Source: Octopus sinensis (taxonomy: Eukaryota). Taken from it: a stretch of DNA of 59,131 nt. Position 1 is the first letter of the stretch, and each line of letters opens with the position of its first letter. Below are positions 48,251 through 59,131 of the stretch, in pieces. The position numbers were made by a program, and so were the translations under genes. A model generated the notes under the pieces. It did no database searches. It was not told where the DNA came from and worked only from the letters and a program-made list of their open reading frames with translations. The stretch is from NCBI RefSeq assembly GCF_006345805.1, contig NW_021833988.1:1-59131 (forward strand). The letters are read 5' to 3'.

Positions 48251-49857
48251 CCAGGTAAGGCGGTGTTTCTTACCCTAAGGTTCGGGCAGTATTTCTTTCC
48301 CTGGTAGTGTTTCTTTCCCAAAAGGCTCTGGAAATTTCGGGGTCTTTGAAAGGCGCACAACATAAGAAATTTTACGACATGATTATGAATTTCTCATGGT
48401 AACCTTTCAACTTAGCGAAAAGGTCTTACATCTGTTGCTGTGGCCGCCATTTTGGCATTCGTACGTTTATATGCTTCCTCACGTGAGCATGTGTTAGAAA
48501 CAGAGATTCAACATAAAAAATGTTGTTTGTTAAAATGAGAAGACTCCAAAGGAAATGTGTGTATATGTATGTAAGAATGTATATATGTATGCGTATGTAT
48601 TATATATATATATATATACATATGTACGTGTGCATATGTATATACACGTGTGTATATATATATATGCATATACATGTGTGTATATATATGTATGTGTGTA
48701 TGTATGTATATGTATGTGTGTATGTATGTATATGTATGTGTGTATGTATGTATATATATGTGTGTATGTATGTATATATATATGTGTGTATGTATGTATA
48801 TATATATGTGTGTATGTATGTATATATGTGTGTGTATGCATATATATATGTGTGTATGTATGTATATATGTGTGTGTATGCATATATACATGTGTGTATG
48901 TATGTATATATGTGTGTGTATGCATATATACATGTATGTATGTATGTATATGTGTGTGTATTGTGTGTATATATATATACATAAATATACATATACACAC
49001 GTGTGTATTTGTATATATGCGTGTATGTTTATATATATACATATGTATGTATATATACGTGTATACATGTGTTTATATACATGTATGTATGTGCATATGT
49101 GTATATACGTGTGTGTGTGTATCTCTTTGTGTATTTAAACGTTTGATTTTTCTCCCTTTTGTTTTATGGAGAACAAAGATTTTTATTGCAATTTAGAATA
49201 CAAAGAAATCGTTTCACTGCCATATTGCAGGGCAATTGAGGCAGATAAGACACCGCTTTTATGACAGGTATTTCTGGCTATTTAGAGAGAATCTGGCAAA
49301 ACTATTAGCAACATATATATTCATGGATATATGTATGCATACGAGAGTGTGTGTACATAAATGTGCAGACACTGCTGTGTATATATGCACGTATGTATAA
49401 ACATGTTGTTTCACTTTCTTTATTGCTTATTTCAGTCATTGCCCTGCGGCCATGCTGGGTTACCTCCTAAGGCTTTGTTTTGTGGGGGTTTTTTTAGGTC
49501 TGGTACTTATTCTATCGGTTTTTTTCTGCCGAACCGCTAAGTTTTAGAGTGGAGGGTGGGGACAAATGCTGCTTATATATGGTTTATATATGCACGAGTT
49601 TATAATATATGTCTATGTATTTGTGCATATCTGTACGTATTTCCTCAAGTCTATATACATTAACATTACAACCTAAATATGTAGACTTGTGCATTTGTGG
49701 ATTATGTACCGCACTCACACACACACACACACACACTCATTCTGGTATTGGTTTCAGTCCTTGGACTGTGGTCATCCAAGAACTTAGTCGATAACATTGA
49801 CCAAAGAAATTAATTTCAACGCGGTTATTGTTTCATATATATATATATATATATATA

Positions 49858-49966
49858 TCAAAATAAGCAACAAGGATATCCAGAGGTAATGCAGTACGAT
49901 CGTTTCATGCAACTCCATTTAATTGAACAATAAATTACCTCTGGATATCGTTGTTGCTTATTTTGA
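49858..49966. mobile_element. Short fold-back element (33-bp arms), same family as 39047-39279
   Basis: tcaaaataagcaacaaggatatccagaggtaat / attacctctggatatcgttgttgcttattttga. Minus strand of the spacer has GAAACGATCGTA. Abuts (TA)n. Confidence 0.85.
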
Positions 49967-50138
49967 TTTTAATCACCTTATTTTGAAATTGTATGGATAA
50001 TACCATACTAATTTCTCTTATATGTCTATATTTTCATTTGATTTAGTGGCAGTATTTAAACATAATTAGCTACAATTAGTAACGTCACAGTAGCAAAAAT
50101 TTGCTTAAACAGGTTTTGCGTGCGTGTGTGTGTGTATA

Positions 50139-50306
50139 CACGGGAGAGTGTTGAGAAGTTCCTGGCTTTACAGGGTTTAGAAAAACTGAAGGACCGCTGC
50201 AATAAGTGTGTGAATCTGAGAGGGGAATATGCTGAACAAAATCCTAATTAACTGATCCTCTTGTATTTTCTTCTACCCAAAGCTAGGAACCTTTTGGTAC
50301 CCCTTG
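50139..50306 (+). mobile_element. Mariner-derived MITE
   Basis: gagagtgttgagaagttcctggc ... gctaggaaccttttggtacccc. Interior encodes LEKLKDRCNKCVNLRGEY (mariner C-terminus). Confidence 0.75.
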
Positions 50307-50456
50307 TGTGTGTGTGTGTATGGAGAGAGAGAGAGAGAGATTAAGCCCTCGCCACATCGCAGTTTATCATTTAAGCTGACGTTGATTCCTCCGTGGTGGT
50401 GTTTTGCATTTATACTAAAATAAATATATACAAATTATAAAAATAATTAAAAAATA

Positions 50457-50543
50457 CAGTGCTGTGCTGTTTCTACTTCGCGGATTTTCGTCTATCGCGG
50501 GTGGGTTTAGAACGTAACACCCGCGATAGTCGAGGGATTACTA
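50457..50543. mobile_element. Tigger/pogo-like MITE remnant
   Basis: TA-cagt...ctacttcgcgg...tatcgcggg...aacgtaacacccgcgatagtcgagggattact-ATA. Confidence 0.6.
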
Positions 50544-51109
50544 TATATATATATATATATATACACTATTGTGTTCTGTCCATCATTATGAATTAGAAGT
50601 TCTCTCACTTTTAGGGAGGGTCACCGCCCCACTCATAGCCACATAATGCCCTCAGCGCCCCATCCCTAATTTTATGTATAAATATTTTATATTTTACTAA
50701 TTTATATATATTATGAATCATTTGATATTATATAATTTGTATACAATACTATAATGATATTATAATAAATTCATAGCGTCCCCCAATCCACACTGCCTTC
50801 CTTCCAATGCCTCCATCCCCTGCACCACCCCTTAGCCATCAGCACCCATCTGGACCATCTCAACGCCCTGCAGGGGTGGGGGACTGGTTGGTAGATGGAT
50901 TAGTTGGGATAAGAGAATCCAGGCGTTTAGGCTGAGAAGCAGTTCTGGAGACAACGGATACGTGAAAATTGCGAAAGCGAAATATTCCTTTGTAACACGG
51001 TTTTCAAATAACACACACACATTTACACACACACACACACACACACACACCACACATTTACACACACACACACACCACACTTTACACACACACACCACCA
51101 CACACACAT

Positions 51110-51290
51110 TTATCTTCAGTCAAGAACCGGATCATCCTCCCAATTTCGGCTGATGAATCTTGAGATTGCTCCATTCTGGCCAGCCCCAAGGAGAAACTAA
51201 GCTAAGAGCATTAGATTCCTTGGAAAAAAGCATCGAATGTATACGAAAATAAGGACGGAAAAACAGACGATGTTACACGAATATAAATAC
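51110..51290. mobile_element. Microsatellite-flanked repeat homologous to 4843-4946 (probable Penelope-like terminus)
   Basis: Shared 45-bp block; flanked by CA and TA repeats. Confidence 0.55.
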
Positions 51291-51799
51291 AATAATATAT
51301 ATATATATATATATATATTCTCCTTTTTTTTTCTCTCTTAACATACTATAAACCTGTATGCATGCATTGCCGATACTGCTAGAGCAGAGTTAACTACATT
51401 TAGATGTAGGACATTACAATGCAGGCCCCTTTAAGAAACCATGTCACACACAAAGGAGGTCAGTACTTAATAATGGTAAGCTGGGTGAGGCCGGAACTGA
51501 ATAGAATAAAACAAGTCTTTCTTAAAGGACGAAACCTTTAAGACATTCTTAACCTAGATTTTGTCACCAACACAATCTGCAGTAACAACCACAACAAACA
51601 ACACCAATACCAACGCTCTCTTCTTGTCTTTGTTTAAACTTATTCATTTTTTCCCCTTCTGCTTGTCACTGGACTGCGGACATGCTGGAGCACCACCTTA
51701 AAAGGTTATTAGTCGAACAAATCGTTTCCAGTTCTGTTTTTTTTTTGTTTTTAGTTTGACACTTAATTTATCGGTCATTTTTTTTTTTTGCTCTTTCCT

Positions 51800-51991
51800 C
51801 TTTTACTCTTTTACTTGTTTCAGTCATTCGACTGCAGCCATGCTGGAGCACCGCCTCTTAGTCGAGCAAATCGACCCCACGACTTATTCTTTGTAAGCCA
51901 AGTACTTATTCTATCGGTCTCTTTTGCCGAACCGCTAAGATACGGGGACGTAAACACACCAGCATCGGTTGTCAAGCGATGATGGGGGGAA

Positions 51992-52039
<48 letters not shown>

Positions 52040-52190
52040 CGATGGGCTTCTTTCAGTTTCCGTCTACCAGATCTAATCACAAGGCTTTGATTGGCCCAGA
52101 GCTATAATAGAAGATATTCGCCCAAGATGCCACGCATTGGGACTGAGCCCGGAAACACGTGGTCGGCAAGCAAACTTCTTACCACAGTGT
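51800..52190 (-). mobile_element. SINE family B, near full length (extra tail fragment at 51660-51725)
   Basis: Colinear with 29803-30190. Confidence 0.92.
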
Positions 52191-52199
52191 CACGCTATA

Positions 52200-52880
52200 T
52201 TTTTCAGGATGGTCGGGCGGAACGCTACATGGTATTTGATCCGAGTCTTTGGGTACTGAGTTCAAATCCCGCTCGGTCAACTTTATCTTTAATTCAACTG
52301 TGATTGATAAAGTACCAAGTTATTGGATCGAATATAATCCGTTAACGGCTCTGCACTGTTTCCGGTTTTATTCTTGTGATAGAAACAAATCGATGTTATT
52401 ATTCTACTTGTTATCATTATCAAGTATTATTTCAGGCGGCGAGCTGGCAACATCGTCAGCGAGCCAGGCAAAAAGCATAGCGGCATTTCATCCATCTTTA
52501 TGTTCTGAGTTCAAATTCCGCCGATGTCGACTTTGCCTTTTATCCTTTCAGAGTTGATAAATCAAGTACCAGTGAAACACTGGGGTCAATGTAATCGACT
52601 ACACCCCTCCACAAAAATTTCAGACCTTGTGCCTTTAGTAGAAAGGATTATTGTTATTATTTTATTATTTAAGGCGGCGAGCTGGCTGAATCGTTAGCAC
52701 GCTGGATGAAATGCTTAGCGGCATTTCGTCTGCTGCTACGTTCTGAGTTCAAATTCCGTCGAGGTCGACTTTGCCGTTCATCCTTTCGGGGTCGATAAAT
52801 TAAGCACCAGTGAAACACTAGGGGTCGATGTAATCAACTCATCCCTTCCTCCAAAATGTCTGCCCTTGTGGAAAAATTTG
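52200..52880 (+). mobile_element. Three tandem SINE-A copies
   Basis: Heads or B boxes at about 52210/52257, 52435 and 52672. Confidence 0.9.
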
Positions 52881-53657
52881 AAACCATTATTATTATTATT
52901 ATTATAGCCCTACATATCTCCGATGTTTTTACATTCACATACACACACCCGCACAGCCATCACCGACAATCCAAGTACTTTTTCGGTGTTTTTCTCTTCA
53001 ATAAAACGTTTTGGCCCTTCCTTTTAAACATTCAATCCTATTATACACATACACACTAACACACACACACACACAACAGCTTATACAAGTATATATATAT
53101 ATATATATATATATTATATCTTCAGAAAGGAAATTGACTAGAGAGAAAGTGCTCTCCCTCCAGTGAATTTGTGAAAAGGTGGGTGACTCTGGCAAATATA
53201 TATACACGCAAACGAACACACACACACCAACATATATGTATATAAACACACACACATATTTGTGTGTGTATATAGATAAATATAAACACACACACACACA
53301 CACACACGCACTCCATTATATGCATTCTATATACGGATCGGTGTGTTTCAGTGACGATGTAGGTGTGTCACTCAGTATTAATAGTCAAAAAGAAAAAAAA
53401 GAAGATATAAATAAATAAATAAAAAAGAGAAAAAAAAACTCGTGTATGTAATAAGTAAACAGGTTCACTCGAACGTTGCGTTCATCCACTCAAGTATTAG
53501 TTTCGTTTTTTTTTATTTTCTGTTTTTATTTTATATTTTATTTTATTTTCTGTATCTTATTTTATTTTCTATATTTTTTTTTTACAAATAACCACCTGCA
53601 TCGTGTTTATTCTCAACATCCCAAATCACCAATCTGTCAACCTGCCTATCTATCTAC

Positions 53658-53702
<45 letters not shown>

Positions 53703-53787
53703 TTGCCACTCTTTTTTTAATACCTACCAAAATTATAAACTGTCCTTGTATATCCCCTTTATCTGATGCTCCTGTGGCAAATAAGAA

Positions 53788-53820
<33 letters not shown>

Positions 53821-53844
53821 GGTGGTGGTAGCAGCAGCAGTTAG

Positions 53845-54680
53845 TAGGGCTGGCAGAATCGTTAGGACGCCGGGCGAAATGCGTAGCCGTAATTTCGTCT
53901 GCTGTTACGTTCTGAGTTCAAATTCCGCCGAGTTCGACTTTGCCTTTCATCCTTTTGTTTGTCCTTGTTTGTCCTCTCTGTGTTTAGCCCCTTGTAAAGA
54001 AATAGGTATTCTGAGTTCAAATTCTGCCGAGGTCGACTTTGCCTTTCATTCCTTTCAGGGTCTATGAAATAACCTGTTGAGCAGGCCCCTTGTGTCTATA
54101 GTAGACAAGATTATTATTATTGTGAGAGAGAGGGCTGCGATACAGATCGTCGAAGCCCAGTGTACCCACCATGACTACTCGTCTGATAAGGGTACACCAG
54201 GCAGGTACATGCATCACAACCGTGCACGAGATGGTGACCTCATATCAAGATAAACAGCGCATGACCTTGCAGGTGGAGTCCAGTTAGAATCTGCATTAAT
54301 ATTTCTTTATTGCCCACAAGGGGACAAACAAGGGCAGACAAAGGGATTCATTTGATTGCATCGACCCCAGTGCATAACTGGTATTTATTTAATCGGCCCC
54401 GAAAGGATGAAAGGCAAAGTCGACCTCGGCGGAATTTGAAATTTGCATTAATATTGAAGCGGTGAGTTGGCTGAAGCGTTAGCGCACCGAACAAAAAGCT
54501 TATTGGCATTTCTTCCGGCTCTTTACTTTCTAAGTTGAAATTCCGCCGAGATCGACTTTGCCTTTCATCCTTTCGGAGCTGATAAAAAACAAAAATGTAC
54601 CGGTTAAACACTGGAGTTTATATAACTGATTTGTCCCACCCACCCACCCACCCCAGAAAATTGCTGGCCATGTGCCAAAA
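53845..54680. mobile_element. SINE-A copies in both orientations (+ 53845-54100, - 54296-54440, + 54457-54680)
   Basis: Family-A motifs on both strands, separated by another unclassified repeat at 54125-54295. Confidence 0.85.
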
Positions 54681-55119
54681 ACGTGAAATGATTATTATTA
54701 TTATTATTATCATTATTATTATCATTAATATTATTATTATTATTATTATTATTATATTATCATTATTATTATTATTATTATTATCATTATTATTATTATT
54801 ATTATTGTGTCTGTATTTCAAACTGTAAAAGCTGAGATTTTTTTCCTTTGATCTGACTCGGAAATTGTTCTTTTCTGGCTTTAAAACGAACAAATGTGCT
54901 GGAGAAGAAAGAAAAGAGAGAAGAAACAAAAATCCAAGATTGACGTCCGACATCTTTTCTGATTTGGGATTTCTAATAAACTTGTTGGTCGCGGCGCAGA
55001 CATAAACAGAATACTTTACATCTGACGGTGCAACAGCAGAATAGTTAATGTTAATAGTTTTTAAGTATTTCCTCTGAACTTGGTTTCTTGGCTTCACTAC
55101 AGCACTAAATGTGCTTTTC

Positions 55120-55500
55120 TGCTTTAGGCACAAGGCCCGAAATTTTGGGGGAGGGGGGCAGTCGATTAGATCAACCCCAGTACACAACTAGTATTTAATT
55201 TATCGACCTCGAAAGGATGAAAGGCAAAGTCGACCTCGGCGGAATTTGAACTCAGAACGTAACGGCAGTCAAAATACCTATTTCTTTATTACCCACAAGG
55301 GGCTAAACATAGAGGGGACAAACAAGGACAGACATAGGTATTATGTCGATTATATCGACCCCAGTGCGTAACTGGTACTTATTTAATCGACCCCGAAATG
55401 ATGCAAGGCAAAGTCGACCTCGGCGGAATTTGAACTCAGAACGTAACGGTAGTCGAAATACCGCTAAGCATTTCGATCGGCGTGCTAACGTTTCTGCCAG
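55120..55500 (-). mobile_element. Two tandem SINE-A copies
   Basis: gaaaggatgaaaggcaaagtcgacctcggcggaatttgaactcagaacgtaacgg twice. Confidence 0.92.
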
Positions 55501-55766
55501 CTTTTTGGGTTAACCTGATGATTTGGGAGACATATTGTTACGTATTACATATTCTTATGAATTTTGCACGTTAACATATACCGTCGTGTATATAGTTACG
55601 TCATAATAAAATATCTTAATGAAACGGCTGTAGTGACACATTGCTTATATTTCAATATTGGATAACTTTGGATTTGTAGCATGCCAACATCAGTGATCTT
55701 TTCTGCGTAGATGCTCTTTCCACAAACTGACTGGATTGTTTTAGGATTCGTTACATACTGTCTAGT

Positions 55767-55995
55767 GGGGGCGCGTGGCTTAGTGGTTAAACTGTTGGAC
55801 TCAGGAGCGTAAGATTGTGGTTTCGATTCTTAGACCGGGCAACGCGTCGTGTTCTTCAGCAAAATACTTCTTTTCACGTTGCTCCAGTCCACTCAGCTGG
55901 CAAAACTGTGTAATCCTGCAATGGACCAGCGTCCCGTCCAGTTGGGGAATTTATACGCCTTGAAACCGGGAAACCGGCCCTTATGGGTCGGCAGG
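55767..55995 (+). mobile_element. SINE family C
   Basis: ggggcgcgtggcttagtggttaa (A box), ggtttcgattc (B box), ttcacgttgctccagtccactcagctg. Confidence 0.85.
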
Positions 55996-56134
55996 ACTCG
56001 AGAAGCTAACATTTCTTTTTACATTCTGTCTGGCCATCACATGTGGCATGACATGCTTCACATCGATCTGCTTTGATCTATTCGATAGATTCCCATCAAA
56101 TACCCCACCCCACGCAAACACACGTTTTCTTTTT

Positions 56135-56465
56135 TACTCATTTCAGTCATTGGATGGTGGCCATGCTGGGGCACCACCTTGAAGGGTTTACTTGAATAAA
56201 CCGATTCCAGTATTACATTTTTAATGTATTTTTCTTTTGTAAGTTTTGTACTTCTATCTGTATCTTTTTACCCAATTGCTAAGTCACGAGGACGTAAACA
56301 AACGATCACCGGTTGTCAAGTGATAGGGGAGAGCACACAAACACACGTGTTTCCGTCAACCAAATTCTCTCGGGCTGCAAGTAGAAGACATTTACCCAAG
56401 ATGACGCGCAATGGGACTGAACCCGAACCTCGTGGTTGCAAAGCCAGTTTCTTAACCACGCAGGC
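56135..56465 (-). mobile_element. Diverged SINE family B
   Basis: tttcagtcattggatggtggccatgctggggcacc...ggacgtaaacaaac...atgggactgaacccgaacc. Confidence 0.8.
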
Positions 56466-56869
56466 ATGTCTGAGCCTACGTATGTATTCGACGACTACAT
56501 TGACCCAGAAGACTCTTCGTGCAGTAAGGGCAAATTTCTTTTGGAGCGGGGTCGCTGAGGAAAACAGTAAGTGGGGCAATGAAGGATAAACTCAAAACAG
56601 AAAGAACGTGTAAAGGTGGAGTAGTACGTTTAGGTGGTGGTGGCTATGGCGGTGGCGCTTGGTAGCAATTAGTGGAGGTAGTGGTGGCAGTGGCGGTAGT
56701 AGTAAAGACGAAGCTCGCGTTAATTAGTGCAGTGAACTAATAAATTTTAATCTATTAAAAATTAACACCTGCGTGTTTTCACCCCGACCCCGTCCTTCAG
56801 TAATTTTGTTTTTATCTCGTAACGCCATCTATCAGTCAGGGTTTAGTCACCAAAAACGCCTCTGAAAAA

Positions 56870-57200
56870 GGCGGCGAGTTGGCAGAATTGTTAGAACGTC
56901 AGCTGGAATGGCACGCGGTATTTGTTCCGGATCTCTGCGCTCAGTGATCAAATCCTGCCGAGGTCGGTCACCTTTTTTTTTCTTTCATCCTTTCGGTGTT
57001 GTTACATAAAAGCACCCGACCAATTCTGGGGGCAAATTTTTCTCGGCCTTTCTCTCGGGATCTTTACCTGTAATTTACTGCCGAATCATTAGAGCGTCAG
57101 CTGGAATGCGGTTGCAGTATTTGTTCCGACTCTCTACGATCCGTGATCAAATCCCGTCGAGGTCAGTTTTGCCCTTCATCTTTTTGAGATTTCGATTTCG
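56870..57200 (+). mobile_element. Two old SINE-A-related heads in tandem
   Basis: ggcggcgagttggcagaattgttagaacgtcagctggaat... and ctgccgaatcattagagcgtcagctggaat..., both with gatcaaatcc..cgaggtc. Confidence 0.65.
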
Positions 57201-57489
57201 GTACTTACCCCGTTTTAAGCCCTTCGATCCCAATGGTGCAGAGACAATCGATATTTCTCCACTTCTCGGCCCTGAAATATCTTTTCTGCTTCTCTCCAGC
57301 TTGAACCCTGCTTTTTCAAATCTGCTTCAGTGTCCTGCTTCATAGGTTTCCTTGAGAGAAGGCCAGCCCCTACCGAGTCCCATTGGTTTTTGAATTATCA
57401 TCGATGCCTCTTTAACTTTGCTTTTTTTTTTCTAGATAAGGGTGTTGGCTCTATGTAAACCCATTTTTACCCCTTCAAGAGATGGTCCT

Positions 57490-57600
57490 ATGCATTAGTC
57501 TGACCTCTGTCCTTTGATCTGTCCAGCATGGAAGGCCTCACCAAGAGCTTGCTCTTCGCTGCCAGAGCTCTCAGGTTGTGAGGCACACAAACCATCCCAA
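57490..57600 (+). mobile_element. RTE-clade LINE 3' end remnant
   Basis: ctctgtcctttgatctgtccagcatggaaggcctcacc...gccagagctctcaggttgtgaggcacacaaacc resembles RTE/Expander 3' UTRs. Recognised from memory, not searched. Confidence 0.5.
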
Positions 57601-59131
57601 AAGGGCCTCGTGATGAACATATCCTAAACCTGGATCTTATGGGTCTCTCTCTCTTTGTCTGTCTGTCTCTTTATGTGCGTCTGTGTCTCTTACTTGCGGT
57701 TAAGAAGGTCGCTTTGCAACCATGCGATTTTGAGTTCAGTTCCATCGCTCGTCCCCTTCGGCAAGCGTTTTCCACTATAGCAGCTGGCCAACCAATGCCT
57801 TGTGAATTTAGTAGAAGTAAGCAGTGTGTGTGTGTGTGTGCGTGCGTGCGTACGGGGACAATATTAAGCAGCCATTTCTGACAAGCGAGGTGAGCGACAA
57901 AATGGCGGCGCATTCGCTGCAAAGACTATTTCGCTTCTGCTCTCAGTTTCTACCAAAGCCTCTCGTTCTCACACATGGACATTGATATGTTTAAGAGAGA
58001 TGGCACTACCAAACCACACAGTAACTGCTGCACAGCTTGGCCTTGGTGCTAGCGTTCAAAAGGGCCCACTTTACACACACACACACACCACATACACATA
58101 CACACACACATATATATATATTAGGAGGTGTGTGTGTGTTGTCTAGCTGCGTGCGTGTATATATGTGCACGCGTGCGTTTATGTAAGTATATGTATATAT
58201 ATATGTATGATGTAGATAGATAGACATAACGAGAGAAAGCCTTAGATACGCGATCAGAAATCGTGACGCTCTCTTGGCCCAAGGGAAGATAACTGCAAGG
58301 TGGCGCCAGTTGTATAATTAGTTGAGAGCTACTCGATATAGTGTGATGGTAGAGGGGGGAACACAAGAGGCAACTAATTAAAAACGGGGGGATCGGTGGG
58401 AGGGTATCGAGTGGGGGTGAGGGGGGGGGGGCGTGGGGTTAGAGGGGACTATTGTATTATAAGGCAAGTGCTATAATTAGCTGCTGCTGCTGCTGCTTGT
58501 TCTTATTAAAACTAATCGTCAGCGCTGAGGAGGTGACGGTTGTGGCGGGGTGGCGGCTGAACAGAATCGACGAATCAACAATGTTTTATTTCCAGCAAGA
58601 CAGGCGCTGATCTTGAGCAAGTGATAGCACAAACATTACACACCACACGTGTATATATATATATATATATGTATATATATGTATATATATGTATATATAT
58701 GTATATATATGTATTGTATATATATGTATATATAGTATATATATGTATATATATAATATATGTAATATATATATATATATATAATATATATATACACGCG
58801 CATGCAGACCTGTGCGCAATTACAACCTTGTAGGCGCGCACACACACACACACACACACACGCAAGCATACACTAACGCCCTCTTTTATCAAGCTAACTT
58901 AACCAAATCAGTTTAATGTTCGTGTGTGTGTATGCATGTGTGTGTATACATATATATATATTAGTGTGTATGTATATGCGCGCGTATGTATGTGTGTATA
59001 TGTATGAGTCTTTGCGTATGTATGAGTTTGTATGTGTATATGTGAGTGTCTACATATTTGTATGTATATATGTGTGTGTATAAGTTTGTGTTTGTAGGGA
59101 CGTGTGTACATGTGTGTATATATGTGTGTGT

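Noticed and set aside
51140-51200. CTGATGA followed by a small hairpin (possible hammerhead)
   Set aside because: Stem II (atc-ttga-gat) is followed by tgctcc, not GAAA; no stem III or cleavage triplet.
54930-55110. YVCAATN in ORF 54618..55187 resembling an immunoglobulin F-strand motif
   Set aside because: No partner cysteine or tryptophan strand. The ORF runs through a SINE, a polypyrimidine tract and an (AAT)n repeat, and no donor bounds the segment.

Overview
AT-rich eukaryotic DNA saturated with microsatellites, most likely intronic or intergenic sequence from a coleoid cephalopod (Octopus-like). This assignment is inferred from repeat content, not from a database search. No protein-coding gene can be named, and almost all ORFs in the supplied track are translated microsatellites. 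The window holds dozens of copies of three tRNA-headed SINE families (working labels A, B, C) and decayed transposon pieces: mariner, Tigger-like and hAT ends, an RLE-type LINE endonuclease, Tx1/L1 and RTE 3' ends, a complete non-autonomous Helitron and a Helentron-type element. A few splice-site-bounded exon candidates suggest a long-intron gene on the minus strand; the best is 27690-27799. The most interesting signal is a set of small, (TA)n-associated, Penelope-like elements carrying minimal type-I hammerhead ribozymes: 43269-43311 (with a compensated U3-A8 core), 14037-14097, a tandem pair at 37624-37856 and a relic at 17654-17686. In three unrelated families an inverted arm upstream of the ribozyme is antisense to its cleavage half, so fold-back and ribozyme would be mutually exclusive structures. 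All structures were folded by eye, and element boundaries are approximate unless stated.
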